From a virus, in the IMG/VR virus record IMGVR_UViG_3300034198_024209, positions 1-64,000 of that record: 64,000 bases of DNA; one strand, 5' to 3'. The notes under the pieces were generated by a model. It was given only the letters and a program-made list of their open reading frames with translations. It searched no databases and was not told the origin of the DNA. The position numbers and the translations under genes were made by a program. Shown piece after piece: positions 38,902 to 48,969 of the stretch; positions within the stretch are counted from its first letter, which is position 1; every line of letters starts with the position of its first letter.

Positions 38902-39096
38902 ATGATCATCACAAGAAAATCTCCAATAAGTAAATTAGAGCATTCAATGGATCTGGACATAACAGAGGAACAGATCCAAAAGTGGCAGCAAGGTGAATTG
39001 ATTCAAAATGCCTTTCCTAATTTAAGTGCAAGCGAAAGAGAATTCATTAAAACTGGAATTACTGACGAAGAGTGGGACTTAGCGTTTAAGGAGTAG
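38902..39096 (+). CDS. Small hypothetical phage protein
   Basis: LIQNAFPNLSASEREFIKTGITDEEW. Confidence 0.7.
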   Translation: MIITRKSPISKLEHSMDLDITEEQIQKWQQGELIQNAFPNLSASEREFIKTGITDEEWDLAFKE

Positions 39097-39159
39097 CGTG
39101 TCTTATTTTATAAAAAAAAAGATTGATTTTATCGTTTAAACATATACTTAAGTCCCTCT

Positions 39160-39546
39160 ATGAACAAAATCAAATACAGAGCATGGAACGAAGAAAATAA
39201 TAGTTATAAGACTAATGTTTTTCTATCCGCTGACGGCTTAAATTTACTCTATTTTGAGGATTCTAAAATACTTGCTTTGCCATTACTAAATAGCAAGTTT
39301 ACTATCGAACAGTATTCGATGTTTGATGACAAAAACGGTAAAGGGATCTTCGAGAATGATATAGTTAAAGTAAAATACCATTACGCTGATGGCACGGATG
39401 ACATTGAAGAGGTTATCAAAGTGGTTGTCTTAAACAATGGATCATTCTGCTTTGGAGATGGCACCATATTTGAATATAAACAGAAACCCTTTAGTGTCAT
39501 TGAAGTCATAGGAAACATTCACCAAAATCAAGAATTACTTAATTGA
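39160..39546 (+). CDS. YopX-family protein
   Basis: IKYRAW, DKNGKGIFENDIV, EVIGNIHQN. Confidence 0.85.
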   Translation: MNKIKYRAWNEENNSYKTNVFLSADGLNLLYFEDSKILALPLLNSKFTIEQYSMFDDKNGKGIFENDIVKVKYHYADGTDDIEEVIKVVVLNNGSFCFGDGTIFEYKQKPFSVIEVIGNIHQNQELLN

Positions 39547-39637
39547 TGCAATATCTGATTAATTCGATCCTAGCTGTAACATTTTTTAGCTTAGCTATTG
39601 CTATAGTGCTTGCAGCCTATATAACCACTAAGAAAAA

Positions 39638-39973
39638 ATGAACAATATACAATATACATTCAATTCATATCAAGAGGACGCAGCAAAAACTGCTATATAC
39701 AAGAACAAGTTAATTTATCCTGTTCTTGGATTAGTTGGGGAAGCTGGAGAGGTAGCAAACAAAGTAAAGAAGATACTCAGAGACAAAGACGGAAAATTAG
39801 ACATTGATGATAAAGACAGTATTTCAAAAGAGCTAGGAGATGTACTGTGGTATTTAGCTGCTTGTGCAACCGACCTCGGGATAGATATGAACGATCTTGC
39901 GATAAAAAACCTAGAAAAACTAAATTCTAGAGCAGAACGAAACACGATCTCCGGTAGCGGAGACAACAGATAA
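39638..39973 (+). CDS. MazG-like nucleotide pyrophosphohydrolase
   Basis: GEAGEV, KELGDVLWY, SGSGDNR. Confidence 0.9.
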   Translation: MNNIQYTFNSYQEDAAKTAIYKNKLIYPVLGLVGEAGEVANKVKKILRDKDGKLDIDDKDSISKELGDVLWYLAACATDLGIDMNDLAIKNLEKLNSRAERNTISGSGDNR

Positions 39974-39974
39974 A

Positions 39975-40271
39975 ATGCAAAAAGACAAAATTACAATTAA
40001 AGACTTACGGCAAAATGGATTTAAAGTAAGGGTTCTTCATACTGACCCATACACGATTCCACATACTTTTGATGTGAATGAAAAAGCTTTAGATCTTTCT
40101 AAAATTGGAACATGCATAGCGATCAGAGATCCAGAAGGGGTAGAACACAGGGGAGTAGCCTTGTGTAGCAAGGCTGACAACTGGAACAGAAAACTTGGGA
40201 ACAAGATAGCTCTAGGTAGGGCCTTAAAAACCGTATCAGATGATTGGTTGAACAAAATTACTGCAAAGTAG
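39975..40271 (+). CDS. Hypothetical phage protein
   Basis: GVALCS..DNWNRKLG.KIALGRA. Confidence 0.65.
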   Translation: MQKDKITIKDLRQNGFKVRVLHTDPYTIPHTFDVNEKALDLSKIGTCIAIRDPEGVEHRGVALCSKADNWNRKLGNKIALGRALKTVSDDWLNKITAK

Positions 40272-40316
40272 TAAAATTAATTGAATTAAAACAATTAGTG
40301 CACAAACAATAAAAAA

Positions 40317-40604
40317 ATGACAAACAACAACAAAGAAACGATAGAACTTAAAAAACAAATAGTTGAATTAACTAGCGAGAATAATCTTTTGCGCGAACTC
40401 AATTCAGTTGCTTCTGCTTTTTTAATCGCCGTAAACGTTTATGATGCTGCTGTATCAGATATGATATCCATAAAAAACAAAATAAACAAATTCTATGCAG
40501 ATGTGGATAACTCAGAAATTCGTACACAATCTTCTAAGATAACTAAGGCTAAAAAAGAGGCCGCAAAAAAGAAATCGGCTGTGGTAGCTAAAAAAAGCAA
40601 ATAG
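40317..40604 (+). CDS. Hypothetical protein with basic tail
   Basis: ORF track. Confidence 0.55.
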   Translation: MTNNNKETIELKKQIVELTSENNLLRELNSVASAFLIAVNVYDAAVSDMISIKNKINKFYADVDNSEIRTQSSKITKAKKEAAKKKSAVVAKKSK

Positions 40605-40621
40605 CTAAATAAGGAACACAA

Positions 40622-41035
40622 ATGAGCGAAGAAAACGACACACAACAAGAGGTAGAAAATCCAGTAGAGGAACCTCAAGTCAAATATGATGTAAATATTA
40701 AAAGTAATACACAAAAAACTGTATTTATTAATGTTTTTGAATTGGAAATGAAACCCAGGATAGATGGGGCTGAGCCACTGTATCTAATTTATACTAGATA
40801 CCATAATGAGAGCAGTGCAGTTCCTGGAATTCCAGAGGCATTGCCAACTTCGTTTAGTATCGCAGATTCTAATGGGAATTCTGTTACTTATACCCCTGAA
40901 ACTAACTATGACTTGCTTTATGCCATTGAAACTTCCATTAATAAGTATGTAGAAACGAATAATGAGAAACTAAAGCAAGGGGCACTTGAACTAGCAAAAG
41001 TCGAAGATAGCGCAAAAGATGAAAACGAAAACTAA
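40622..41035 (+). CDS. Hypothetical protein
   Basis: ORF track. Confidence 0.6.
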   Translation: MSEENDTQQEVENPVEEPQVKYDVNIKSNTQKTVFINVFELEMKPRIDGAEPLYLIYTRYHNESSAVPGIPEALPTSFSIADSNGNSVTYTPETNYDLLYAIETSINKYVETNNEKLKQGALELAKVEDSAKDENEN

Positions 41036-41636
41036 AGAAGTTGCAGAGTCTACCGCAATTATTGACAAAATTGATGACATTGATGACATTAAAGTGTGCG
41101 ATAACGAGTACAGCTTTATTGATCCGCTGTTTCAGAGATACATAACAAGAATCAGAAAGTACAAGCCACAACTTAATTCATATCTGTCTATGTCAGATAT
41201 TGGTTTGATTAAGCTTGCTGCTGGGTTAAGTTCTAACTCCGCAGCTCTTCTAAACCAGTTTTGGATTGCAGAATACATAGACGAAGAGAGTCTAACTGCA
41301 GAGAGTATAGTCTCTGGAGTAACAAAGATTGTTCACGATATCCATAAAATATTTGAAGTTTTAGAGATAGAGTCACTAGTTAAATGTGGAGATATTCCAC
41401 CTACTATATCCCTTGATTTTGAGTATGATGAAGTAAAGTATCTTGTTGAATTGATGGGGGCTGCCTCATTGATGACTGTAATAACTGGAGGTATCCTATC
41501 TCAGATATGTGACGATTCAATCGAGGTTGACTGTGCTGAAATCGTTAAAGACTGTTCCATGTGTTTAGCAATTTGTTCTACGATGCTTGACTATTGTGGA
41601 ATTTGCTTTAAAGACCTTATAAGCACCAAGGTTTAA
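41019..41636 (+). CDS. Hypothetical helical protein
   Basis: ORF track. Confidence 0.6.
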   Translation: MKTKTKEVAESTAIIDKIDDIDDIKVCDNEYSFIDPLFQRYITRIRKYKPQLNSYLSMSDIGLIKLAAGLSSNSAALLNQFWIAEYIDEESLTAESIVSGVTKIVHDIHKIFEVLEIESLVKCGDIPPTISLDFEYDEVKYLVELMGAASLMTVITGGILSQICDDSIEVDCAEIVKDCSMCLAICSTMLDYCGICFKDLISTKV

Positions 41637-41699
41637 TAAGCAGCTTAAATTATGGCCGCGAGATCACAACCCCTCGCGGTCATAGTCTATATAATATAT

Positions 41700-41773
41700 G
41701 TGCCCATAGCTTAATTGGATAGAGCAACGCTCTTCTAAAGCGTAGGTTGCTGGTTCGATCCCAGCTGGGCACG
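41700..41773 (+). tRNA. tRNA-Arg(UCU)
   Basis: GTGCCCA/TGGGCAC acceptor, ACGCT-CTTCTAA-AGCGT, GGTTCGATCCC. Confidence 0.92.
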
Positions 41774-41816
41774 ATTTTCTATTTACATTTTTAATTATAC
41801 CATATTTAATAAAGTT

Positions 41817-42020
41817 ATGAGTACACAGATCCAAGCTCCTCCTATTTCGCCTATGTCAAAGACAGAGAACGTTGACAAAATAATGAAAGAGGTAAATTCT
41901 AAGATAAATTCTTTAAGTCTTAGTGGCGATCTTGATGGTATACTAAAAAAAGTTATACCGAAGATAGCTGGAGATGAGTCATTAAGAAAGCAGCTTGAAA
42001 AGTTCATCAATAAAAAATAG
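41817..42020 (+). CDS. Hypothetical protein
   Basis: ORF track. Confidence 0.5.
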   Translation: MSTQIQAPPISPMSKTENVDKIMKEVNSKINSLSLSGDLDGILKKVIPKIAGDESLRKQLEKFINKK

Positions 42021-42088
42021 CTTTTTTTTAGCTACTAGGTAAAATATAATTTAAATCTGCAGATTAGATAACTTGTTACACCTGGAAT

Positions 42089-42400
42089 ATGATTAAAAAC
42101 AGTTTTTACTTATTTTTTTTATTTGTTTTTAGTTTTAGTGCTATTGCTCAATCTATTGAAAGTAATGGAACAAAATATATATTAGATGGTAATGATTCTT
42201 TTTCATATCCATTTTTTACTTCATCTAATACCCTGTATTTATATAATGCATTGAATATGTCTCAATACCTAAAATTTATATCTGCGCCGTCAACTCCAAC
42301 AAGCCCTGGCTTGACCGGACAAATGGCCTATGAAGATAATTTTTTATATATATGTGTAGGTGCAAACTCATGGAGAAGAGTTAGAATGGGAACCTGGTAA
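42089..42400 (+). CDS. Small fibre-associated protein with signal-peptide-like N-terminus
   Basis: FYLFFLFVFSFSAIA; APSTPTSPG..GQ..Y...YLYIC...W motif. Confidence 0.6.
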   Translation: MIKNSFYLFFLFVFSFSAIAQSIESNGTKYILDGNDSFSYPFFTSSNTLYLYNALNMSQYLKFISAPSTPTSPGLTGQMAYEDNFLYICVGANSWRRVRMGTW

Positions 42401-43737
42401 TGGCAAACAAAGACATAGTTATACTACAGGAACAGGCAGATGGATCTTTAAAAGAAACACTTTTAGATGCTGGATTAATTTCGGCTCAGGGTACTCCCAT
42501 CGTTTCGGATACTGTTCCAGATATAAGCAGTTTTGAAGATGGACAGGTGTGGATAAGAAAATCCGATTTACAGCAATTTTTTCTATACAATGATGGTGAT
42601 TCTAGGGCATGGGCGCAATTACCTCCACCTCCACACACACACTCAGAGATAGATATTTTAAATCTTGCTGATGTAGCAACATCTGGCAACTATAATGATT
42701 TAACAAATAAACCAAATATCGCAGAAGGGATAACTCCAGTTGCAAACACTGGTATAAATATAGATATCGCCACTAGCGCAATTAAAACAACCTACAATAC
42801 ATTAATAGCGGACTCTGTAACCAGTATTGCGGTAGGCGGAGCATCGGCTTTGCCGGCCTCGGCATGGAAAACAAAAAATATAGTTGAAGTACTCGACACT
42901 ATACTGTTTCCAGATGTTCTTCCTACATACACAGTACCCGCCATTTCTCTGAACGGTACACAGTCGGGAGAAAAAGAAATCGGTACGACAATTTCTCAAG
43001 CGCTTACTTTATCTGGGTCCAAAAATGATGCTGGAGCATTCACGGCGTTATCATTGACAAGGGGCAGTACCAGCATTGCCTCTACTTCTTCTCCAACCGC
43101 CTCTTCTATCTCTAACATAGCGGATCAATTTGGATATGCTAACCCGAATAGTCCAAACCAAAAATACGATCTTACATTTACTGACTCTTCCGTGGTGGTA
43201 GCCAGCGGAGCTAATACATGGGCAGCTAGTGGTACATACTCAGCAGGACTAGCAAAAAAGAACAATAAAGGGGTTACTGACGCCAGAGCCGCAGCAACCA
43301 GGTCTACCTCAGCTCCACAACTCGGAGCAACATTTTCACCATCATCTATTACAGTTACAGGAATATATCCATATTTCTATGGGGTTTCTGCCGGGTCTCC
43401 AACTTTGGCAAGTATTGCAGCTTTGATAAGTGGAGGCACATCAACTAAGGTGCTTGCTAATGCCTCTGGAAGCTTATCTATAAATTACACAGCAAATTCT
43501 CAATTTATATGGTTTGCGCATAGCGATGCATACACAACTAAAACGAAATGGAGTGAGCAAGGTTCTTTATTCAATACTGGTGCAATAGGAAACAGCTCAT
43601 CGACAGGTTTCATGAAATATCTTGGGACCATCGCGGTCACCTCTCCAGGTTCTATTTGGACAACTACGTTTAAAATTTATTGCAGCGGAAACGCCACTAT
43701 AGTTAATTCAGTTGTTTACGTTTTCGCTAATTCATAA
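42400..43737 (+). CDS. Tail-fibre/virion decoration protein
   Basis: VATSGNYNDLTNKP motif, HTH; S/T/A/G-rich; paralog of 45149..46396. Confidence 0.7.
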   Translation: MANKDIVILQEQADGSLKETLLDAGLISAQGTPIVSDTVPDISSFEDGQVWIRKSDLQQFFLYNDGDSRAWAQLPPPPHTHSEIDILNLADVATSGNYNDLTNKPNIAEGITPVANTGINIDIATSAIKTTYNTLIADSVTSIAVGGASALPASAWKTKNIVEVLDTILFPDVLPTYTVPAISLNGTQSGEKEIGTTISQALTLSGSKNDAGAFTALSLTRGSTSIASTSSPTASSISNIADQFGYANPNSPNQKYDLTFTDSSVVVASGANTWAASGTYSAGLAKKNNKGVTDARAAATRSTSAPQLGATFSPSSITVTGIYPYFYGVSAGSPTLASIAALISGGTSTKVLANASGSLSINYTANSQFIWFAHSDAYTTKTKWSEQGSLFNTGAIGNSSSTGFMKYLGTIAVTSPGSIWTTTFKIYCSGNATIVNSVVYVFANS

Positions 43738-43740
43738 AAT

Positions 43741-44004
43741 ATGGCTATTTTACTTAACGACAATTTAAATTTAGCTGCTCCCAAGCCAGTTGATTCTAGG
43801 TATGGGCCATATACTTCTTTGGCTCTAGCTATTTCTTCTGTTCCTTCAGTCAATAGATATTTAGGGCTAACTGTAGGAGTAATTAACTCAGAAGGAAACG
43901 TTGTAGAATATTGGTACCCTGATTGCGTTTTAGATTCTTGCTTAGTGGTAAAAGAAGTATCTCCTGATCTATCTGGGCTTTTAATAGATGGGGGAACATA
44001 TTAA
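43741..44004 (+). CDS. Small fibre-associated protein
   Basis: PVDSRYGPY..R..GLTVG shared with the 46398 ORF; ends IDGGTY. Confidence 0.65.
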   Translation: MAILLNDNLNLAAPKPVDSRYGPYTSLALAISSVPSVNRYLGLTVGVINSEGNVVEYWYPDCVLDSCLVVKEVSPDLSGLLIDGGTY

Positions 44005-44111
44005 ATTTATTTTTTTTATTGATCTGATTCATACGATTGTTTATATTAATGAAGTAACAAGATGTTTTAAAATTCATCAGTAAAAATTTAAAAAAAACAA
44101 AATAAACTATT

Positions 44112-45086
44112 ATGGCAAATCCAATTATCAAAATCAAAAGAGGTGCAACGGCACCAACAACACTTAATAACGGTGAGTTGGCAGTTGATCTAACAAATAA
44201 AAATTTATACGTGGGCGATTTGTCCGGCGTTCCACTCGCAATCGGCGGTGAGGGCACTTTTGCAAAAAAGAACGCTAGTGATGTAGGCTTTACAGGTGGA
44301 AATATCAATGGTGTAACTATTGGCAGCACCACAGCAGCAGGTGGTGCGTTCACTACCTTGACTGCTTCGACGGCTCCTACTGCCGACAATGATGTAGTTC
44401 GTTTGAAAGAGCTCAATGACTCTGTTTCTGATCTCGGTTCGGTGTTCCATTATGTTGGCGATGTTAGCTCTGCCTCTACTCCCCTTGATCTCAGCACCCT
44501 GAGCGATACAACTACTGGTGCTTACTACAAGGTCGATGTCGCCGGAACCTACACGGCAGGAGCATCTAGCTTCGCGGCCAAAGTTGGCGATGCGTTTGTA
44601 AAAACCACAACTGGCTGGCAAAAACTTGACAATGTTGATGTCGAAGTGCTGCCAACCGCAAACGAAATCGTCGTTACTGGCGATGAGAATGCTGGTTACA
44701 CGGTTTCCATTGATCCTGTTTTCTCAGGACGGGTTACGACTGCGGAAAGTGACATCAACGCCCTCGAAACCAAGACGCAGAACATCACAGCCACAAGTGA
44801 CATAACCACAGTTGCTGGTGTCATGCAGAACGGAAACGGAAGCAATGTCGTTAACTTCGGCACCGGGAGTTTGACATTTACTGGCGCGCAGGAGTTCGGA
44901 GCTGTTTTTGTTAATGTAGACTTGGAAGTTGGTGGCAATACTTATATTGGAACTGGTGTTGGTGGAGGTAACTTGGAAGTTGGCGGCACTGTTCTTATCG
45001 AGGGCAACGCGACCTTCAATGGCAACATCGTGGGAGACGGCTCAACCGAAATCACCGATTGCATCATTGACGGCGGCGTTTACTAA
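44112..45086 (+). CDS. Fibre protein with Mtd_N-like N-terminus
   Basis: IKIKRG...LNNGELAVD...LYVG; ends IDGGVY. Confidence 0.7.
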   Translation: MANPIIKIKRGATAPTTLNNGELAVDLTNKNLYVGDLSGVPLAIGGEGTFAKKNASDVGFTGGNINGVTIGSTTAAGGAFTTLTASTAPTADNDVVRLKELNDSVSDLGSVFHYVGDVSSASTPLDLSTLSDTTTGAYYKVDVAGTYTAGASSFAAKVGDAFVKTTTGWQKLDNVDVEVLPTANEIVVTGDENAGYTVSIDPVFSGRVTTAESDINALETKTQNITATSDITTVAGVMQNGNGSNVVNFGTGSLTFTGAQEFGAVFVNVDLEVGGNTYIGTGVGGGNLEVGGTVLIEGNATFNGNIVGDGSTEITDCIIDGGVY

Positions 45087-45148
45087 AAAATAACTAAAAA
45101 ACAAAGTCCTCCAGAGGTTCGATTCCTCTGGAGGCAAACCATTCTATA

Positions 45149-46396
45149 ATGGCTAGTCCAAAAATAATTCCCAAAAAAAGCACTATTGCTGAACGGGTTC
45201 CAGTAAGCGGGGACCTTGATGCAGGCGAGATTTGCATAAATCACGCCGATAAAAAACTTTATGCCAAGCATCCCAGTACGGGGGTTATTCAGGAGATTGG
45301 TAGTCTTTCGGCTCATTCGCACGATGAGCTTTACTCGTTAGATAACTCTCAGCACATTGAGCTTCAAAATAATGGAGCGCTCGTTTTAAATGGTTCTACC
45401 ACGCTCACACTACCTAGTGCTTCTGGTACTCTCGCACTATTAGATGATGTTAGCGGCGGGGGAGTCTCTACAACACCAGCAAATTCAGGACTAACTATCA
45501 CAGACGATTCTATTACTACTGTATATAATACAGCGGTTCCAGACGCTACAGTTAGTATGGCTGTAGGTGGGGCCTCGGCTGCTGCAGCCAGCGCATGGAA
45601 AACAAAAACAGTTGTACAGGTTCTTGATGAAATATTATTCCCTACCGTATTGGCATCTATCGGTACAAACAAATCTGTTTCTCTGGCTGTTAGTGGGACT
45701 AGTGGAGTTCTTGAAATAGGAGAATCTTATTCTAGAACGCTCACAGCAACATTCAATAGGGGTACAATCCTTAATGGTAGTGGTACAACAAATTCAAATC
45801 TTTTGGTGGGGGCAGTAGAAGATTATACATTTACAGGGACAGGAATATCCAGCACAACTCAAACCGGAAATACGCTATCATTCACATCCACCGTTGTATC
45901 TGGATCTAACAACTGGGCAGTAACAGCTACGCACGGAGCGGGTTCAGGAGCTTATTTTGACAATAAGGGAGTAGCAGGAACAAACTTAAATGGTTCCAGA
46001 GTGGCCGGAAGTGCTACGGATTCTTCTAGTTCTCCGACAATCACTGGACTCCATCCATATTATTACTACAAGAGCTCAAGCCCTATCACATCTGCTGCTA
46101 TGGTTGCAGCTATAGAGGGTGGAACGGCTACGAAGGTTATAGCGAGTAGCACAGGAACATTATCCATTCCATATGCTGTAACTGCACAGTATCTAGCTGT
46201 AGCATATCCAACTACCAGTACGTTAAAGACTCGTTTTTTTGTTACTGTTAGTGATGCTGACGTTATTACCGTTGTGTTTCAAGCTGTGACTACTCCAAGC
46301 GTCACCACCGCTCTTTGGACTCAAACATACAATGTTCATGTGAGCAAGAGTGCACTTACCAACACTAACACTATCATAGAATTGAGGAACTCTTAA
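45149..46396 (+). CDS. Fibre protein with Mtd_N-like N-terminus
   Basis: P..GDL.AGEICIN.AD.KLY; C-terminal region paralogous to the 42400 ORF. Confidence 0.7.
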   Translation: MASPKIIPKKSTIAERVPVSGDLDAGEICINHADKKLYAKHPSTGVIQEIGSLSAHSHDELYSLDNSQHIELQNNGALVLNGSTTLTLPSASGTLALLDDVSGGGVSTTPANSGLTITDDSITTVYNTAVPDATVSMAVGGASAAAASAWKTKTVVQVLDEILFPTVLASIGTNKSVSLAVSGTSGVLEIGESYSRTLTATFNRGTILNGSGTTNSNLLVGAVEDYTFTGTGISSTTQTGNTLSFTSTVVSGSNNWAVTATHGAGSGAYFDNKGVAGTNLNGSRVAGSATDSSSSPTITGLHPYYYYKSSSPITSAAMVAAIEGGTATKVIASSTGTLSIPYAVTAQYLAVAYPTTSTLKTRFFVTVSDADVITVVFQAVTTPSVTTALWTQTYNVHVSKSALTNTNTIIELRNS

Positions 46397-46397
46397 T

Positions 46398-48968
46398 ATG
46401 GCACTTTCAGGCATTCAATTCTCCGGACCGATACTTGTAGGCCTTAACCAGCCTGTTGATGTAAAATACGGACCATACTCTACAGTATCTGCGGCACTTT
46501 CGGAAATACCTCTTACATTGAGACACATCGGTCTCACAGTTGGGATCAATGACACCACAGCTGGATTAAAAGAATATTGGTTTAAATCAGGTACAGCCAA
46601 TGCAGACTTAGTATTAAAAGACGAGGGAGGAGCTATCACTGTGAGTAAAGTACTTACAGATGGTAGCTATAGCGGAGCTGTAACGAATGTAACAGGGCTT
46701 AGATTCGACGAAGATTCAGGGTTTGATGTTGTGGACTTGGGGGGCGGCAACGCCAAAGTCCAAATGAACTCCACATTCAAGTATTGGGAGGTGAATGGGC
46801 AACCCGGTCTAACTGCTCAAGGGTTAGATACCGCTAATTTTATAGCCGGCTCGGGAGTAACAATCGCCGCTAATTCCGTAGATAACTCTCTGACATTTAC
46901 CGCTACGGGCGGCGTCACCAGCTACAACGAACTCACCGACCAGCCAACGCTTGGCACAGCAGCGGCTACGGACTCGACCGACTACGCCACTGCCGCGCAG
47001 GGGGCTAAAGCGGACGCAGCCAGCCAGCCGGGGCATAAGCACAATCAGCTTTATTCGCCAAATGAAACAAAACAATTAGAGCTTAAAGATAGTGGAGAGC
47101 TAACTCTTCCCAATGGTGGAAGTATTTCTGCTTCTGCAACGGCAGAGGGATCGCTCACTCTTACGCCACCAAACGCAGGCGCAGGTCAAGGGCTTGTGGT
47201 TCGCCCAACTGTATCTACTTGGAGTATAACTTCTAGTGGTAATATCGTATATGGTAGTCCTATTACAATTTCTGTAACTCTAGGGAGTTGGGCTTATTTT
47301 GGAACAGTAAACTATACGATCTCTGGTACTGGAGTCACCGAACAATCATTGGGTCGAGCACTAACTGGAAAATTAACTTTCGTAAGCACATCTGCTCCAG
47401 ATACCGAAACAATCACATGGACCATACCAGCCAATAGTAATATTACTGAATTTACTTTAACACTAACAAGTGTTGATGGAGAAAGATCGACTGATATATT
47501 GACCGAAAATGCTCCGGCGTTATATTACAATTTTGAATATAACGGTTTACCTACTAACCAATTTGTTACTGTAACCAATAACGGAACATCCAATTCAGAA
47601 CATAGTCATGTTCATCTCATATCGGCAGACCCCTCAACGGTTGATATTTATTTAGGTGACGACGATCAATATGTAAAGATCGAGCGTAATGCAGGCGGTA
47701 TTGTTATTGGAAATAATAGTAATACTAAACAATGGAATTTTAAGACTGACGGTGTTCTTGAGTTACCTGCTGGGGGCGACATAACGCTCGGCGGAACTTC
47801 GGTTTTGGGTGGTGGCACACAAGCTAATTGGAACTCCACATCGGGGCCGTCGCAGATTTTAAATAAGCCGACACTTGGCACAGCAGCGGCTACGGACTCG
47901 ACCGACTACGCCACTGCCGCGCAGGGGGCTAAAGCGGACTCTGCTTTGCAGGCATCCGCGCTCACGCCATACCGCACTATCGAGGCGCAAGATGCTATTG
48001 ATAATGGATTTGCGTCGGAAAATCATACTCATGCCCTTTCTGAACTGACTCAATCCGGTGCCGCTAATGGTCAAGTTATTGCATGGGATGGGGCTGCGGG
48101 TGCGTGGGTTCCGTCTTCTTCTTCGTCAAGCGCAGGCGTTTCTGATGGAGATAAGGGCGATATTACGGTTTCAGGCTTAGGAACTACCTGGACCATTGAC
48201 AATGGCGCGGTTACATATGCCAAAATGCAGAATGTTTCTGCAACTGATCGGCTTTTGGGTAGAGCAACAGCGGGAGCAGGGGCAGTAGAAGAGATCGGAT
48301 GTACGGCTCTTGGAAGATCTATCATCGGAGAGTCAATTGCGGGAAATGTTAGATGGCGTATAGATGCTGCGGCGACTAACCACACACATACAACTTCACA
48401 GATAACAGATTGGACTGCCGCTATTTCTACGAAAGCCGATGCAAATCACCAGCACACTATTTCACAGGTAACAAATCTATCTAGTTCGTTAGCTGGAAAA
48501 TCTGCTGTAGGGCACACTCATGTAATGTCGGAAATTACTGATTTAACATTTCCAACGGCGTCAGTTTATTACGGAGATACCCCACCTACAGACACCACAT
48601 ACAACCTATGGATTCAAACCAGCACAGCTAGGATTTTTAATAAAATCGATGGCTACTGGGTAGAGGCGGCTGCAGGTTTTGGTCCTCTAGTAATAGAAGG
48701 AACTGGCGGAGGGGGAACGACCCCTGGTCCTGGAACTGGTGGGGCGGTAGACAGTGTGAACGGCTTGATAGGGGCAGTGACTTTAACTCCGTCGATAATT
48801 GGAGCCGCAAACGCAACACATTCCCACGCTATTTCAGAGGTTACTAATCTTCAATCAACTTTAAATTCAAAAATATCAAACACCGGAGGTATAAACGGAA
48901 TAGCTATTGTTTCTGCGTTGCCTTCTGTGGTGGACACAAATGTTTTGTATGTTATAGTTCCTACTTGA
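46398..48968 (+). CDS. Mosaic tail fibre protein
   Basis: HxH repeats, DGDKGDITV, AVTYAKMQNV, VDSVNG..GAVTL. Confidence 0.8.
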   Translation: MALSGIQFSGPILVGLNQPVDVKYGPYSTVSAALSEIPLTLRHIGLTVGINDTTAGLKEYWFKSGTANADLVLKDEGGAITVSKVLTDGSYSGAVTNVTGLRFDEDSGFDVVDLGGGNAKVQMNSTFKYWEVNGQPGLTAQGLDTANFIAGSGVTIAANSVDNSLTFTATGGVTSYNELTDQPTLGTAAATDSTDYATAAQGAKADAASQPGHKHNQLYSPNETKQLELKDSGELTLPNGGSISASATAEGSLTLTPPNAGAGQGLVVRPTVSTWSITSSGNIVYGSPITISVTLGSWAYFGTVNYTISGTGVTEQSLGRALTGKLTFVSTSAPDTETITWTIPANSNITEFTLTLTSVDGERSTDILTENAPALYYNFEYNGLPTNQFVTVTNNGTSNSEHSHVHLISADPSTVDIYLGDDDQYVKIERNAGGIVIGNNSNTKQWNFKTDGVLELPAGGDITLGGTSVLGGGTQANWNSTSGPSQILNKPTLGTAAATDSTDYATAAQGAKADSALQASALTPYRTIEAQDAIDNGFASENHTHALSELTQSGAANGQVIAWDGAAGAWVPSSSSSSAGVSDGDKGDITVSGLGTTWTIDNGAVTYAKMQNVSATDRLLGRATAGAGAVEEIGCTALGRSIIGESIAGNVRWRIDAAATNHTHTTSQITDWTAAISTKADANHQHTISQVTNLSSSLAGKSAVGHTHVMSEITDLTFPTASVYYGDTPPTDTTYNLWIQTSTARIFNKIDGYWVEAAAGFGPLVIEGTGGGGTTPGPGTGGAVDSVNGLIGAVTLTPSIIGAANATHSHAISEVTNLQSTLNSKISNTGGINGIAIVSALPSVVDTNVLYVIVPT
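46950..47015 (+). repeat. 66-bp perfect direct repeat, copy 1
   Basis: Identical to 47874-47939. Confidence 0.9.
47874..47939 (+). repeat. 66-bp perfect direct repeat, copy 2
   Basis: Identical to 46950-47015. Confidence 0.9.
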
Positions 48969-48969
48969 T

